A DNA stretch of 64,000 bases, from assembly GCF_000143415.4 (NCBI RefSeq), contig NW_003314301.1:1232981-1296980 (forward strand), read 5' to 3'. This document shows positions 49,822-62,727 of this stretch, piece by piece. Position numbers and translations under genes: made by a program. The notes below the pieces were generated by a model, which had not been told where the DNA came from, did not search any database, and saw nothing but the letters and a program-made list of their open reading frames with translations. The DNA comes from Selaginella moellendorffii. Taxonomy: Eukaryota; Plantae; Lycopodiophyta. The stretch's first letter is position 1; every line of letters starts with the position of its first letter.

Positions 49822-52232
49822 ACGCGATTGTGGTCAACAAGCTTTTGAGCTCTTTTTTGTTCACCTGGAAAGTAAAAAGTATACGTTAGCCAAGAGCTCA
49901 GTAGAAATTCTTTATTTTAAGTTGCTTCTTCACCTTGCCCATTGCATTGCGGGGAAGTGATTCCCATACGTGTAGCCTCTGAGGGATCTGAAAGGAAGAA
50001 TAATTTAAAGAAAACAGGCAAACTCTCTTGGGATATTACCTTGTATGGGGCCATTCTTTTCAATGCCCAGTCTCGGAGTTGAGGCAGCGTCATCTTCACA
50101 TCGCTTTGGTTCTCGGTGTCTAGAATCACGACCGCGGCTATCACCTCGCCGTAATCCTTGTCTGGAATCCCCAGCACAGCACACTCCGATATATCTGGGT
50201 GCTGTTACGTAACACATATATAATAAAACGGTAACAACACACAACACAAATACCTCTAGTAGCATAGATTCGATTTCCAATGCTGAGAGCTTGTATCCTC
50301 CTGACTTGAGTATATCCACGCTTGTTCCTTCATTCACAATGTAAAAAACGAGAAGAAATAAGTTAATAACAGCTAAGCTTACTCCCAAGGATTCGAATGT
50401 AGCCATCACTCTCTTGCTTGACAAAATCTCCTGTTTTGAAAAATCCATCCTCATCAAATGCTTCCTGTGTAACCTGGGCGAAAAGGCCATTGTTGTTTGC
50501 TACATACATATAGGAGCATACCGTAGGTTGATTCCAATATCCACTGAACATGGATGGACTCTTAACACACAGCTCCCCAGTGCCAGGCTCGGACTCAGCA
50601 CTTTCTGGCTCAATCGTCACCTGATAAAATCCGTAAGAAGCTGAAAGGAACTGAGTATGTACTAACCACTACACCTGGCAAGGGCACTCCAACACTACCA
50701 GGCCTGCGTTCTCCATCAAGAGGATTTGACAGTCCCATTCCAAACTGCATCACTCAAATTTGATTATCAAAGGACAAATTCCATAGCCATTGCGTACCTC
50801 AGTCATTCCGTAACGTTCCAAAAGCCGATGGCCTGTTACTTTCTCCCAATGTATAAAGACTGGCAGCGGAAGAGCAGAAGATCCACACATCTAGCCATAT
50901 CATCATGAAAGAACGATCGATACAGAAATAAAAATAGCTATTGTGTTACCATAAGACGCAAACGACGTGCTGCGGAAGCAGCGGCCTCTCGTGACGCGGC
51001 GTTCATTGATTCGTAACCTTGCAACAATCTTACGTACATGGTTGGAACCTGAAAAGAAAGACAAATCAGAATACAGAACGTTTTATGACACGTTTCTTAC
51101 TCCCGTGAAACAAGTGATAGGATTTTCAGCTTGTGAGTTTTTAGTCGGATAAGATTCACGCCAGCACTGCCATACTCCACTCACACTGAACTTTGGAATG
51201 AAATGGACCTGGGCGCAAAAAGAAATTACTACCTTACAAGTAAAAGCCAACGTTACCGAAGAGCCAGCATAAAGAGGTGCGAGCAGTGCGTTGAAAAGGC
51301 CATGAACATGTAGCTACACTGTCAAGGTAAACATTACAGAAAAGAACAAATGGAAGGAATGTAAGGATATGGTGCAAAGGTAAACAGTGAAGGAACCGAT
51401 CAGACGGCTTATATTGCCATGCACTAGAGAGCATAGCAACCTGTTTGCATAAAAATGCGTTAAAGCTTTGTCACATGAACGTGGAGATAAGTTATACCTG
51501 CGCAGCCAATGCACCTTGCGTATGAACAGCTCCCTTCGGCCTACCAGTAGTGCCACTAGTGTAAATTATCAATCCTAGCTCCTCATCTGCAAGAAAATTG
51601 AGACTGTGCCAAGAGCAAAACCAAGAATGTAATACCTTTGACATGCGACAAGGACAAAACTTCGTCCAAGATTTGATCGTATCCTTCACTTCCGTCGGCA
51701 CCTTCTTCGAGTGAAGGGATTGAAGGCAGGATAAAAAGACGAGCAGCAGCTTTCTGAGAAACACCTTCAACCAGGCTTTTGTGATCATCTGTAGAGATGA
51801 CTAGTGTTATATTCTGGAATAGAAAAGCGTAAAGACACAGATTTTCAAACACTTGCAGAGCTTACCGCATCAGTGAAAACATGGAGGAGTTCGCTCTCTG
51901 GGTGACTCAATGCCAAAGGCACAGCGACCCCACCGCTCAACCACGTTCCCCAAATCCCCACTACAAATTCGGCAGAGGGAGCTGCCACGATTCCAACGCG
52001 AGCACCTTGTAAAGCCTTATTCTATACAGAAAACCATTTACAACTCCACCATCAGAATCAAAAGACATCATACCTTGTGCTCTAGGCCATCACGGTCGTC
52101 TCGCAGCTTTGTCGAGAGCTCCCATGCAGACCGCAGGAGCTGGGCATAGCTGTGAGTCCTGTTTCCGGAGGTTACAGCTGCAATTTTGTGTGCTCCAGAT
52201 CCAAGCTTCACGGCTGCTCTTATTACTTCCAT
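49808..52232 (-). CDS. AAE13: Malonyl-CoA synthetase (malonate-CoA ligase), multi-exon; a further upstream exon is possible
   Basis: [64 protein letters not shown]. Confidence 0.88.
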
Positions 52233-52603
52233 CGCCTGTCTGATATGATTCCAAGTCAGTGAAAAGAAACAAGAAACAAAGGACACGCATACCCTCGAAT
52301 CGAGAGTGAAGAAGATGCAAATGGGTAGCGCCTATCAATTGAATTCCTGTGAACACCTGGAATGCATGGCGGCTGTCGACTAATGCGAATCGAACACGAA
52401 GTCAAAGACAATCCAAAGCAAATACATTTCAAAAGGAAAGCCAACACCAAGCTGGATGGAAATATCTGGACCGAAAACAAGCACAACCCAACCTCCACCT
52501 AGATTCTATTCTCTTGTCTCTCTCAGTTCACTGCAAAACATTGAGAAACTTAGAGCGAAAAAACTACAAACGAAACGAAAAGAAAGCTTACCACTAAGAA
52601 GTA

Positions 52604-53146
52604 TCAAGCGACATCAATGGAGGAACTCATCTCCCTCAGAGAGTTGCCTTGCTTGTTCTCCGGAAGCCTCACCACCACAACCGCGCAATCGCAGTGATGG
52701 ACACAGTAGTCACTGACGCTCCCGAGCCTGGCCCTGCGGGTCCGCCTCTCAGCACCAATCCCTCGGCTTCCCATGATCATCACGTCCACGCCGAGTCTCT
52801 CCACTTCCAGGCAGATCCTCTCCTTCATGTCGTGGTCCTTGACGATGTGAATCCTGAAAGGAATGTTGGCCTCCTCGAGTGGCTTGGCGAGCTCGGTGCT
52901 CTTGGCCGAAGTGAAGGCCTCCATGTCCTCCTCCATCTTTTGCTGGACTGACGCATCGGGTCCAGCGGTAGTGTCTGCCGGTCCCCAGTCGGCTCCATAG
53001 AGAACGCTCGTTGGCTGGACGTGAAGAACGATGACACTGTCACCTTGTCGAAGGTAGTGAGCGACGGCCCATTTCACTGCGTACGCACTCTCGGCGCTCA
53101 AGTCCACGGCTATGGCGATTTTTCGCTCTCCTGGTGTTGTTAGCAT
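52604..53146 (-). CDS. Universal stress protein A-like (PHOS32/34-type)
   Basis: RKIAIAVDLSAESAYAVKWAV, IHIVKDHDMKERICLEVERLG, LGSVSDYCVHHC. Confidence 0.92.
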   Translation of the reverse strand: MLTTPGERKIAIAVDLSAESAYAVKWAVAHYLRQGDSVIVLHVQPTSVLYGADWGPADTTAGPDASVQQKMEEDMEAFTSAKSTELAKPLEEANIPFRIHIVKDHDMKERICLEVERLGVDVMIMGSRGIGAERRTRRARLGSVSDYCVHHCDCAVVVVRLPENKQGNSLREMSSSIDVA

Positions 53147-53665
53147 CCTATCACAGGAAGAAATCAATCAGCTATTCTTTTCTCACACACAAAACATTTT
53201 TTTCTTCAAGCGCCAAGCAAGAAACTCCATGGATCAATCGAAGGGGCTAAGAACAAAGTTTTAGTGCATCTTTGATGCAAAAGCTCACACCATGCAAGGC
53301 TCCCGAGCTCCAAAGAAAGAAAAACCAAGAAATCCTTGGAGCCAAGGGTGAAATACGGGCATTTCAGCTCAGGGAAGAGATCGAGGGACGAAATATCGTC
53401 CGGGAGCTGGAAACTGCCCTGACTTTTGCCCCGGATGGAACAATCGATCAAAAATGCAAGCGCCAAGAAATACCGGGCGAGAGAGAAGTAGCATACCTGA
53501 TCGAGGATCGCACTGCGCTGCTCGAAAACCTAGCTTGAGCGCAAGAGCTCAATAACGGTCAGTCGAAGAACCCTAAAAAGACACTGAAATAAAACAATGC
53601 GCTTCCATTTTATTTACTTAGCCGAGACAAAAAGAATTTATCGGAGGATACAAATTTACTCTTTA

Positions 53666-54736
53666 CTAATTCTCGTAGTAGATTGTAGATGGTGGTGGTG
53701 GAGATTGGTACCAGTAGATTGGTGGCGATGGCGGGGGTGGGGATTTGTGGTGGTGGTGGTGGGGTGGTGGCGGCGGTGGGGATTTCGGTGGTGGTGGTGA
53801 TTTGTATTCGTATGGTGGTGGTGGTGGAGACTCGTATTTATACGGTGGTGATGGAGGTGGAGACCGTGGTGGTGGTGGAGATTTGTACTCGTACGGAGGT
53901 GGCGATTTCTCGCATTTTGGTGGTGGAGGCGGTGGAGATTTGTACTCGTACGGAGGAGGTGGTGGCGGTGGGATTTTTTCACATTTTGGCGGTGGAGGTG
54001 GCGGAGACTTCTCGCATTTTGGTGGTGGTGGTGGTGGAGACTTGGGTGGCGGAGGAGGTGGAAACTTCTCGCATTTCGGTGGTGGTGGTGGCGGAGACTT
54101 TGGTGGCGGAGGAGGTGGAGACTTCTCGCATTTCGGTGGTGGTGGTGGCGGAGACTTTGGTGGCGGAGGAGGTGGAGACTTCTCGCATCTCGGCGGTGGT
54201 GGTGGTGGAGACGTGGGCGGTGGCGGAGGTGGAGATTTCTCGCATTTCGGTGGTGGTGGAGATTTGGGTGGCGGAGGAGGTGGGGTATCGCATTTCGGTG
54301 GTGGGGGTGGTGGAGATTTGGGTGGTGGCGGAGGTGGAGATTTCTCACACTTTGGTGGAGGTGGTGGCGATTCAACAGGGGGTGGTGGAGATTTGTGATG
54401 GTGAGGAGGTGGTGGGGATTCAACTGGCGGTGGTGGAGATTTATGATAGGAAGGAGGTGGTGGCGATTCAACTGGCGGAGGTGATTCTACCGGTGGTGGC
54501 GGGGATTTGTAGCAGTAAGGAGGTGCATTAGGAGGGCACAAACGATTTGGAAACCACCAGGGCCTTCTCAGCCACGGCCTCCAACAGAAGAAATCGATCG
54601 TGCTCTTAGGAATTCCAAACCCGAAGTTCTTGGCATCTCCAAAACCTGCATTTCGATCCAAAAGCTCCTGATCACACCTGACAGTGGAAACCAGGAGAAG
54701 CAGCAAAAGCATGCTGCATGCCTTGAAGAAAATCAT
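53666..54736 (-). CDS. Extensin (hydroxyproline-rich glycoprotein)
   Basis: Signal peptide, Ser-Pro4-6 repeats, YEYK/YKY cross-linking motifs. Confidence 0.9.
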   Translation of the reverse strand: MIFFKACSMLLLLLLVSTVRCDQELLDRNAGFGDAKNFGFGIPKSTIDFFCWRPWLRRPWWFPNRLCPPNAPPYCYKSPPPPVESPPPVESPPPPSYHKSPPPPVESPPPPHHHKSPPPPVESPPPPPKCEKSPPPPPPKSPPPPPPKCDTPPPPPPKSPPPPKCEKSPPPPPPTSPPPPPPRCEKSPPPPPPKSPPPPPPKCEKSPPPPPPKSPPPPPPKCEKFPPPPPPKSPPPPPPKCEKSPPPPPPKCEKIPPPPPPPYEYKSPPPPPPKCEKSPPPYEYKSPPPPRSPPPSPPYKYESPPPPPYEYKSPPPPKSPPPPPPHHHHHKSPPPPSPPIYWYQSPPPPSTIYYEN

Positions 54737-55003
54737 CGCGCTCTCCAAGATCACTGGAAAGAGAGACCTTTTCTGTGATGCTACAAAAATTTCCAGCTTA
54801 TAAAGCCTAGCACTGTGTCTTGGAACCCACAGCTTTCAAAATAGTAATCCTTTAGAAATCGATGGCTCTGTGCTATTTCGCGCCTGGTTATCACATTTTC
54901 GTGTAAATTTTCTCATCTCACAAATTATTTCTAATTAATTTTATTTATTTACTAGGAAAGTTATTTATTCACTAATAACAAATAACTTTAATCTTTTTTA
55001 CTT

Positions 55004-56186
55004 TTATGCTTTGCTGCCTTGCAAAAGAAAAGATCTTCGCCTAGAAGAGTTCCATCGTTGAAAAGCAAGCATAAATACCCATGTAGCGCGCGAGACCTTC
55101 TCTTTGATCATCATGAGAAAGGCGGCACTTAGAATTGTCTTAAGAACCTGTGCTTGGATTCCCTTGTAAAATCCGAGAATTCCTTCTTGTTTCTGGATGA
55201 GAGTAAACGCGTCCACCATTCTCTTTGGCCTCGAGTACTCTTCGTCGTCTTTCTTGTCACCCGACTGGATCATAACTTTGCACCTAAAGCCGGAAGAAAT
55301 CCTGAATTGAGAACTCTTCCTTACGGAGCAACCTGAGGACTTTACCTGATTGCTGGATACGTGATGAGAGTTGCCACCGTCTTAGAGATCGCTCCCAGAA
55401 GAAACGCGTGGAATGCTGATAGAACCAGCGGCGATGATCCAGCTTTTCTCACTCTTTGCTGTAGCAATCGCGTTTTGAGTTGCTCAAAGACTGTGTACTG
55501 GCAAAACCAAAGCATTATCAAGTCGAAGCTAGGAAAACCAAAGAAGAAGAAAAACGCGAACCTGGATTGCTGGATTACATGTAAGGAAAAGAGAAGCTCC
55601 CAATCCATCGAACGATTCGTTCCAGTTCGCGGACAAAGTAGCCCAGAGTCCCTTGGACTTTCCGAAGCCGCTGGTTTGCATTCGTGAAGAAGCAGTGTCA
55701 AGAGGCTAAAACGAGAAACGAAAGATAGTTATCTTCGATCGTCAATCTCGAGCTAGAAAAACTTACTTGCGTGACGATCGAATTGCAAGCGCCGGCAGCA
55801 GCAGCGACAACAAGATTTGCCCCCAATCCCATGCTCTTGTTCTTGCTCCGCTGGAGATAGAGCCGCTTCAAGTAGCTATAGCTGTAGAAATAGATGAACT
55901 GCGAGAGGAGCGATTGCAAGTTCTTGGCGCCCAGGCCCTGATACAGCGCCAGCACCCGTTTGGATGCAATGGCTTCGCGAAGAACATCCAGGAGCGACCT
56001 ACAATCGCCCCCAAACCGTCAAATGGATGAAATAGTTTGTGCGATCGCTGCTTACCGATATTTGTATGAATTCCCCGCCTTGAGCTCCGCTTGATACTTG
56101 GATTTGCACGTATCAAGGGGATAGAGGATCGTCGTGGTGAAGAGGCCGCCGATCGCGCCCGCGGTGGCATCGGCCAGGGCCTCCAT
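55004..56186 (-). CDS. PNC1: Peroxisomal adenine nucleotide carrier (mitochondrial carrier family), multi-exon
   Basis: [56 protein letters not shown]. Confidence 0.85.
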
Positions 56187-56297
56187 TTTGCTCTAGAACC
56201 CTAAAACTTTCAAATAATAGAAGTTCCTTTAGCCCTAGACATAATAATACGAAATGTACGAAACGGCTATGGAGGCTAGGGTTTTGAGAGGCGGCGC

Positions 56298-57455
56298 ATG
56301 GCACAGGTGGAGGAGAAGACGAAGGCGAGCGCGGCGTGGGAGGAGCTAAGGTCGAGAGATCCTTCTCTAAAGGCGAGGGCCGAGGCTGTCCTCCAGCGCG
56401 CGTATGGGCGGAAGGATTCGCCAGCAGTGAAGCCCAGGAAATCGTCTTCGTCTCCACCAGTAGGGCTTGTTCTTGCAAGATTTCGTATAATCCTCGCAGT
56501 GTGATCTAGGGATGGATGATCAGCCTTGGAATGGTGCCCAAAAAGAAGGATGCGGCCGAAATTTCTTCCACCGATCCGCCTAAAATCGACAATGTTTCAG
56601 ATGCCGATCGAGAGGATACTCGCAGGATAGCGGCCGCTGCTCTCGCGGCTACCAGATCTGGAGCGCCAGGGCAAAAGGTATTTCTCGATTCTCCTTTCTT
56701 TCGTTAGTAGAGCCAACAGGTATCTAGATTCAATACATTCTCGTATTGTCTCTTCGTGGTTTGGCTGAGATTTATCCCGGGTTTTGCGACATGGAGTGGA
56801 GCATTACATCCACTTCCATTACTGATTTGCCTGGAAAATGTCTCTTTTTTCCTTGTTTTGCTAGTAGCCAACGGTATCTTGATTCAATACAGCTTCTATG
56901 CATTGTTTCATCGAAGTTTGGCTGATAGTTTTCTCAGGTTTTGCGACATGGAGTGGAGCATTACCTCCTCTTCCATTACTGATTTTGCCTGGAAAATTGT
57001 CCTTTGTTCAGAGACTCCATTTTGGAAGATCTTTCTTGGCGCTAGTTGTGTGTTCGTGGCTTTTCAAGTACTTGGTTCGTCGATTTTGATCACCTCTCTC
57101 GCAGGTTGTTGCTGCTGCTGCTGCTGCTACTGCTGCGCCTCCCGAGAGCGATGCAAAGTCTAGCGACGCTGGAGAGAAGCGTAAACTATCATCCGGACTG
57201 GACAGTCTGCTAGAACAAATCCAGAAGAAGCCGAAAGCGAACATCCTGGACAGATCGAAGAAGGATTGGGGCGAGTTTAAAGACGAGAAGGGTCTCACGG
57301 AAGAACTCGAGGCATACAAGAAGAGCGGTGACAAGTACTTGGACAAAGTAGCGTTTTTGCAGCGAGCGGACGATAGGGAGTACGAGAAAGAGCGTGACGC
57401 GCGTTTAGAGTACCAAGCAAAGCGTAGACTAGGAGCAAGCTATCAAGACGATTAA
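56298..57455 (+). CDS. SWC5: SWR1 complex subunit SWC5 / CFDP1 (BCNT-C domain), 3 exons
   Basis: Last exon SGLDSLLEQIQKKPKANILDRSKKDWGEFK..YLDKVAFLQRADDREYEKERD is a BCNT-C signature. Confidence 0.88.
56711..56840 (+). ncRNA. Intronic box H/ACA snoRNA, copy 1 (18S pseudouridylation guide)
   Basis: Two hairpins; pocket 1 GGTATCT/TCGT pairs with 18S ACGA-U-C-AGAUACC; pocket 2 TTGCGAC/TACT pairs with 18S AGUA-U-G-GUCGCAA; box-like motifs 14-15 nt from the pockets. Confidence 0.75.
56866..56998 (+). ncRNA. Intronic box H/ACA snoRNA, copy 2
   Basis: Diverged tandem copy keeping both guide pockets (ACGGTATCT/TCG; TTGCGAC/TACT) and stems. Confidence 0.75.
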
Positions 57456-57644
57456 AATCTCTTTAATCATGTTTATAAGTTCTCGAATTAAACAAAGTTT
57501 TACCAAAATGGTTAAAAGCAAAATTTCTCTAATAGGTGTTTTGCTAATAAAAACGAGAGATTGTGAGGAAAAGATGAGGAATTCTCTATCAAAAGCTTTT
57601 TGTGTTGGGAGAGTAGGACGAGAAAAAAGAAAGAGACACACAAA

Positions 57645-58163
57645 ATGTTGCTGTGTATCTCTTTTATTCTTGGTTTAGCTTTAGCATCGAATTCTTCTTC
57701 GTCTTCTTTCACTTCGAGATCGCCGGTGCCAATTTCACCATCGGATGGATCTTCATCAGCTCCGACAGCCAGTTCGAGCAACGTGTCGCACTCCGCCACT
57801 GCTCCATCCATCGAGCAATTCGATGCCAGTGACAGCGATTTATATGATGACGACGATGATGGTCCCAAGGATCGGCTCCATAGATTCGCCAAGCACACAT
57901 TCAAGCTCGCCATTGTGTGTGTATGTGGTGTGGCGTTCTTGGTTCTTGTGCTCGCTTTCTTCTGGGCGATCGTGAGCATTGGCTGGAAGAGCATGTAAGT
58001 TTCAATCTATTCCACTGTTGTTTCAAGTCATGCAATCGATTTCTCTTCCAGGAAATCTGGATGCGCGAAACCATCGCAAGACGCGGAATTTGGATCAAGA
58101 AGGAGCGAAGATCTGATGGGTCGAGGTAGAAGTCATAGTCATCCATTCGACTGTAAATTCTAG
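57645..58163 (+). CDS. Small single-pass membrane protein (signal peptide, Ser/Pro-rich ectodomain, TM helix)
   Basis: MLLCISFILGLALA, S/P-rich tract, hydrophobic LAIVCVCGVAFLVLVLAFFWAIV; probable intron after 57994. Confidence 0.6.
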
Positions 58164-58338
58164 ATTTTTTCCTCCGATCATCGGCTAAATGATCTATTCT
58201 TTACTGTACAGTGAAAGAATAAAGAGGAATGTTCTTCCCTCGCTCGCATGGAACTTGTGATCCACTATTGTGGGAAAGGATGGTTGATTTGATCGTTTCC
58301 ATTTTGCTAGGGATTGGTTTGCGCGATTGAAATCGAGA

Positions 58339-58572
58339 ATGGATCGTCTTGCTTGGATCGCGCTGGTGTTCTTGGTAGGATTTGTGATCCTGGCGACAAT
58401 TCCTTGCTTTGCGCAAGAATGTGATGCTCCATGCTGTGGATACCTCCCGCAGGGCGGGAATGGATTTTGCTACGATGGCTACTGCTGTAGCGAGAGTGGA
58501 TTTTGTGGAATCGGAGAGTACTACTGTGGGAATGGCTGCCAGCGAGAGTTTGGCGATTGCTACGACTTCTAG
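58339..58572 (+). CDS. Secreted hevein-like (chitin-binding type 1) peptide
   Basis: Signal peptide followed by CG..C....CCS.SGFCG....YCG.GCQ...G.C. Confidence 0.85.
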   Translation: MDRLAWIALVFLVGFVILATIPCFAQECDAPCCGYLPQGGNGFCYDGYCCSESGFCGIGEYYCGNGCQREFGDCYDF

Positions 58573-58816
58573 CAAGATTTAAACGAGCGAAAAGATTCTC
58601 GAATAATCATGTACGAAAATAAATCTGGAATGTACGGCGCCTGGAACTCGCGGGAATTCATCCGCCACTGGTCTCGTGCGTGACGACAATGAATAAATCT
58701 CGAGCGAAGTATAAAAGTGTTCTTGTCTTTCAATCGTGACGTGTTCGTTTAATGTGAAATAATGCCGCTAGCCAAGCTAGCTAGGGTTTGGTGATGACGC
58801 TTGGAGAGGGAGAGGG

Positions 58817-61800
58817 ATGAGTGATTGCGCGGCTCCGGTAAGCGTTTCCTCGGCTTGTTTCCGCGCCGGAGCCAAGAATCTCTCCAGCTCCTCCAGTTTC
58901 TATCGATTCTCAGATCCTCGCGGCAGAGGATTCGGAGGAACAGGGAAGATTTTGGGGACTGGGAGTAGAAATCAATGCAGTTCTTCCGAGATTCAAGCCA
59001 GGGATGGAAATATTTCGAGAGCTGGAGCTCGACATCGGCATAGCAGCGATCGATCGCCAGACTTCCAGGCCAGGGATGGAAATATTTCGAGAGCTGGAGC
59101 TAGGAATGACGAGAATCGATCGAGTGGCGATGATGGAGGCGATGGAAGCCGCGGCATTGTCCCGTTCCAAGGCGCCGGTCTCGAGCAATGGAAGCTTAGC
59201 GATGCCAGGAGCAGTGAGTGGGTGTGGCGGCGGCAGCAAAGGAAGCGATTGCTGCGTCGTGTGAGAAGGCCGCCGAGTGATCCTGGAATTCGCGATCTGA
59301 TACAGCGGCGGCGAGAATGGGAGAAGCGATTGCGAAGAGCTCAGCCACAGGCAGTGGCTCCAAAGTGGACGCGCTTGACTCCAGAGCAAATGGCCGAGTA
59401 CCACGCTCACGGTGGCTACGCTGCCTATCCCATGCGGTATAAGAGTCACGTCGAGTCCGCCATCGCCACGGTCCGCGGGCTTGCAACCCAAGAATCTTAC
59501 GACATTCGTCGCGTGATGGCTCCTTGGGTCGGGAGATTGACGTTCCGGGAGCTTTGCACGGTGCTCAAGTGGCAACAAGGATGGAAAGAAGCCCAGGAGT
59601 TCTTCGCGTGGATGAAACTCCAGGTAAGACTTTGTGATGAAGTTGGCAGAGAGAAAAGATTAGAGTGTCTTGAGAGTTACTGACTGCGAACTTTGGTTTT
59701 GCAGCTGTCCTACATTCCAAGCGTGATTGTTTACTCGATGCTGCTCAAGGTGTATGGCAGGGACAAACAGATTGGTTTGGCCGAGGCCGCGTTTCAGGAG
59801 ATGCTGGACCAGAAGCTGGATCCCGACGAGGTGGCGTTCTCGACAATGATCCTCAACTATGCAAACGCGGAGATGTTCGACGAGATGCTCACCATGTACG
59901 AAGCGATGATGAGCCGGGGGATTGTTCCGTCGTCGGTGACGTACACGACAATGCTGATCCATCTCAACAAGGCCGAGAGGCTGGCGGATGCTGCTTTGTT
60001 GTGGGAGGATCTGGTGGAGGAGTCTGTGGAGCTGAGTCCTCTGGCTTATGCGTTGATGATCACCATCTATAGGAAGCTGGGGCGGTTTGAGGAAGCCTTG
60101 GAAGTCTTTGAGGCTATGCTAGGTGCTGGCTATTACCCGGACTCTCTCATCTACAACATGGTTCTTCATATGCTGGGAAAGTTAGGACGCTATGACGAGG
60201 CGGTCGACGTTTTTACCGCGATGCAGCGGCAGGAGCTGTGTACCAGTAAGTACTCGTATGCTACTATGCTGCACATCTGTGAGAAAGCTGACAAGTTTGA
60301 GCTCGCTGCGTCGATCTTCTCTGACATGCAGATGAAGAGATGCCCGGTTGACGAAGTTGTCTACACGAGTGTGATCAGCATCTACGGGAAGGCCGGGCTT
60401 TATGACGAAGCGGAGAAGCTGTTCCAGGAGATGAATGAGCTACGGCTTTTGGTTGACGTGAAGACGTTCTCGGTGATGGCCAACGTTCGTTTGAAGGCTG
60501 GCAAGTATAACGAAGCAGTGCAAGTCATGGAAGAGCTGCTTGCTAAAGGGCTCAACCTGGACGACACGGCATGGAAGACGCTGTTGCATTGTTATGTCAA
60601 GGCTGGGAACGTAGAGCGTGCTACGAAGACTTTCAAGACTCTGGTGGAGTCTGGAATTGCGGATCTGATGGCATACAACGATATGCTCAGCCTCTACGCC
60701 GAGTTTGATATGTTGGAGGATGCCAAGCTCCTATTCCAGCAGCTCAAGAGCTCGTCCATACAGCCAGATCAGGTGTGGTTTGGGACCATGGTGAAGCTTT
60801 ACTGCAACGCTAATATGGTGGCGGCCGCGGAAGAAGTTCTGAGGCAAATGCGAGAGAAGGGGTTCACGCCGGATCACATTACTCAGGGGATACTGATCAA
60901 CGCTTATGGTGAGGCAAACAGGATCGAAGAGGCTGCGGGCTTGTTGGAAGCGTCGGCAAAAGAAGATGAAAGCGAAGCTGCCGCGATTTCGAGGATTTAC
61001 TTGTGCCTCAAATTTCGCCTCTTTGACAAGGCGACCTTGCTGCTCCATCGCGTTCTGGAATCCTTTACCCTGGACTCTGCCGCGTACAACCAGCTGACCA
61101 TCAATTTTCTCAAGGCTGGTATGTTTGCTGCCTGTGTTTTACTTGCGAGTAAGCGTTTGATTGTGCAGGCCAAGTTCCACCAGCGGAAATGTTACATTCA
61201 AGGATGCAGGATAAAGGGTTTGACGTGGAGGACTCGACACTAGGCCATTTAATCGCGGCCTATGGAAAGGCAGGTCGCTACGAAGTTCTGACGAAGCTGA
61301 AACCCGAGTTGCCGAGGAACAATTTTGTCTATTCGTCAATGGTTGGAGCGTTGATCAACTGCAACCAGCTGGAAAAAGCTGCTGGATTGGTGGAGAAGAT
61401 GAGGCAGATCGGTCTCAAGTGCGACAGCGTTTTGGTCAGTATACTTCTCAATGCATACAGCAAAGCTGGTGAGCAGAAAACCTTTTCTGTTTCAGTCTAT
61501 CTAAAAGCCATTTCTTGCAGGACTTGTGGAGGACGCCGATGCTCTAATTCATATGGCCAGGGGCGATGGTATCCCGCTGGATATTGTTGCCTACAACACG
61601 ATCATAAAAGCAGATTTGAGAGCTGGTCAGTAGTACTTTTTTTCTACCGAAAGAAACTTGTTTGATTTCTACCGAAAGAAACTTGTTTGATTTTTCCTTT
61701 CAGGTCGCCTAAAGAAAGCAATAGACACATACTCATCACTTACAAACTTGGGGCTGCGGCCGTCCCTTCAAACATATGATACTATGATAAGGTACTTGGC

Positions 61801-62727
61801 CTCCTGTTCGTCACAAGCTTTAAGCATGTAATTGGTTCGTGCAGTGTCTTTGCGAAGTCTGGAAGGACACGGGATGCAGAGAAAATGTTCAAAGATCTAA
61901 AGTCCGCTGGCTTTCAACCGGACGAGAAGGTGTACAGTCAAATGATGAACTGCTATGCTAAATCCGGTTGGTATTCAAGCGTTACTGTATCCTAAAGTCA
62001 TGTGTGGATGGATGGATGGATCAGGCATGTACGAACATGCTGCGGATTTATTTGAGGCCATGAAGCTGAGAGGCCTGAGGCCACACGAGGTGAGAAAGCT
62101 CGTTTTATGTTATGGTCTGTGGCGTAACAGCGCTGGTTTCTTTTTTTCACAGGTCAGTTACAACAATTTGATCGATGCTTACGCTCGAGCTGGCCAATTC
62201 GCGAAAGCAGAGCAGCTGCTGGTTGAAATGGCCAAAGCCGGATGTCCTCCGAGCTCGGTCACGTTTCTTCTTCTCATCTCTGCCTACGCACACCGGGGGA
62301 AATGCAACGAGGCTGAGAATGCTTTAGAGAGAATGCAAACGGCCGCGATACGCCCAACCGTGAGGCATTACAACGAAGTTATGCTTGCTTTCTCCAGGGC
62401 CAGGCTCCCTAGTCAAGCCATGGAGAGTTACTTGAAGATGGAGAGGTCAGGAATCCAACCCGACGTAGTCTCGAGCAGGACAATGATCCGGATACTTCTC
62501 GAGGGCTCGATGTTTGAAGAGGGACTTTCCCTGTACAAGAAAACCGAGGCAAAACTCGTCAGCGACAGCCTGAGCCGGGAAATGGTGGCGAAGCTGTATC
62601 AAGGCGCTGGCAAACACTTCGAGGCCAAATACATATTGCGACAAACATCTGGTGCGTGTTTCTGGCTCTCTTTAAAACTTTGATAAACGTTCCTTTCAAA
62701 ACAGGTGATAGAGAGGTGGTTTCCTAG
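58817..62727 (+). CDS. P-class pentatricopeptide repeat protein (At5g27270/EMB976-like), multi-exon
   Basis: Transit-peptide-like N-terminus, LTFRELCTVLKWQQGW..FFAWMKLQLSY.PSVIVY, many 35-aa repeats. Confidence 0.9.

Noticed and set aside
53689-54531. Gly-rich and Val-rich ORFs on the + strand
   Set aside because: Antisense shadows of the extensin Pro repeats.
58990-59105. Duplicated QARDGNISRAGAR segment in the PPR N-terminus, and a 24-bp intronic duplication near 61640-61690
   Set aside because: Ordinary local duplications in weakly constrained sequence.
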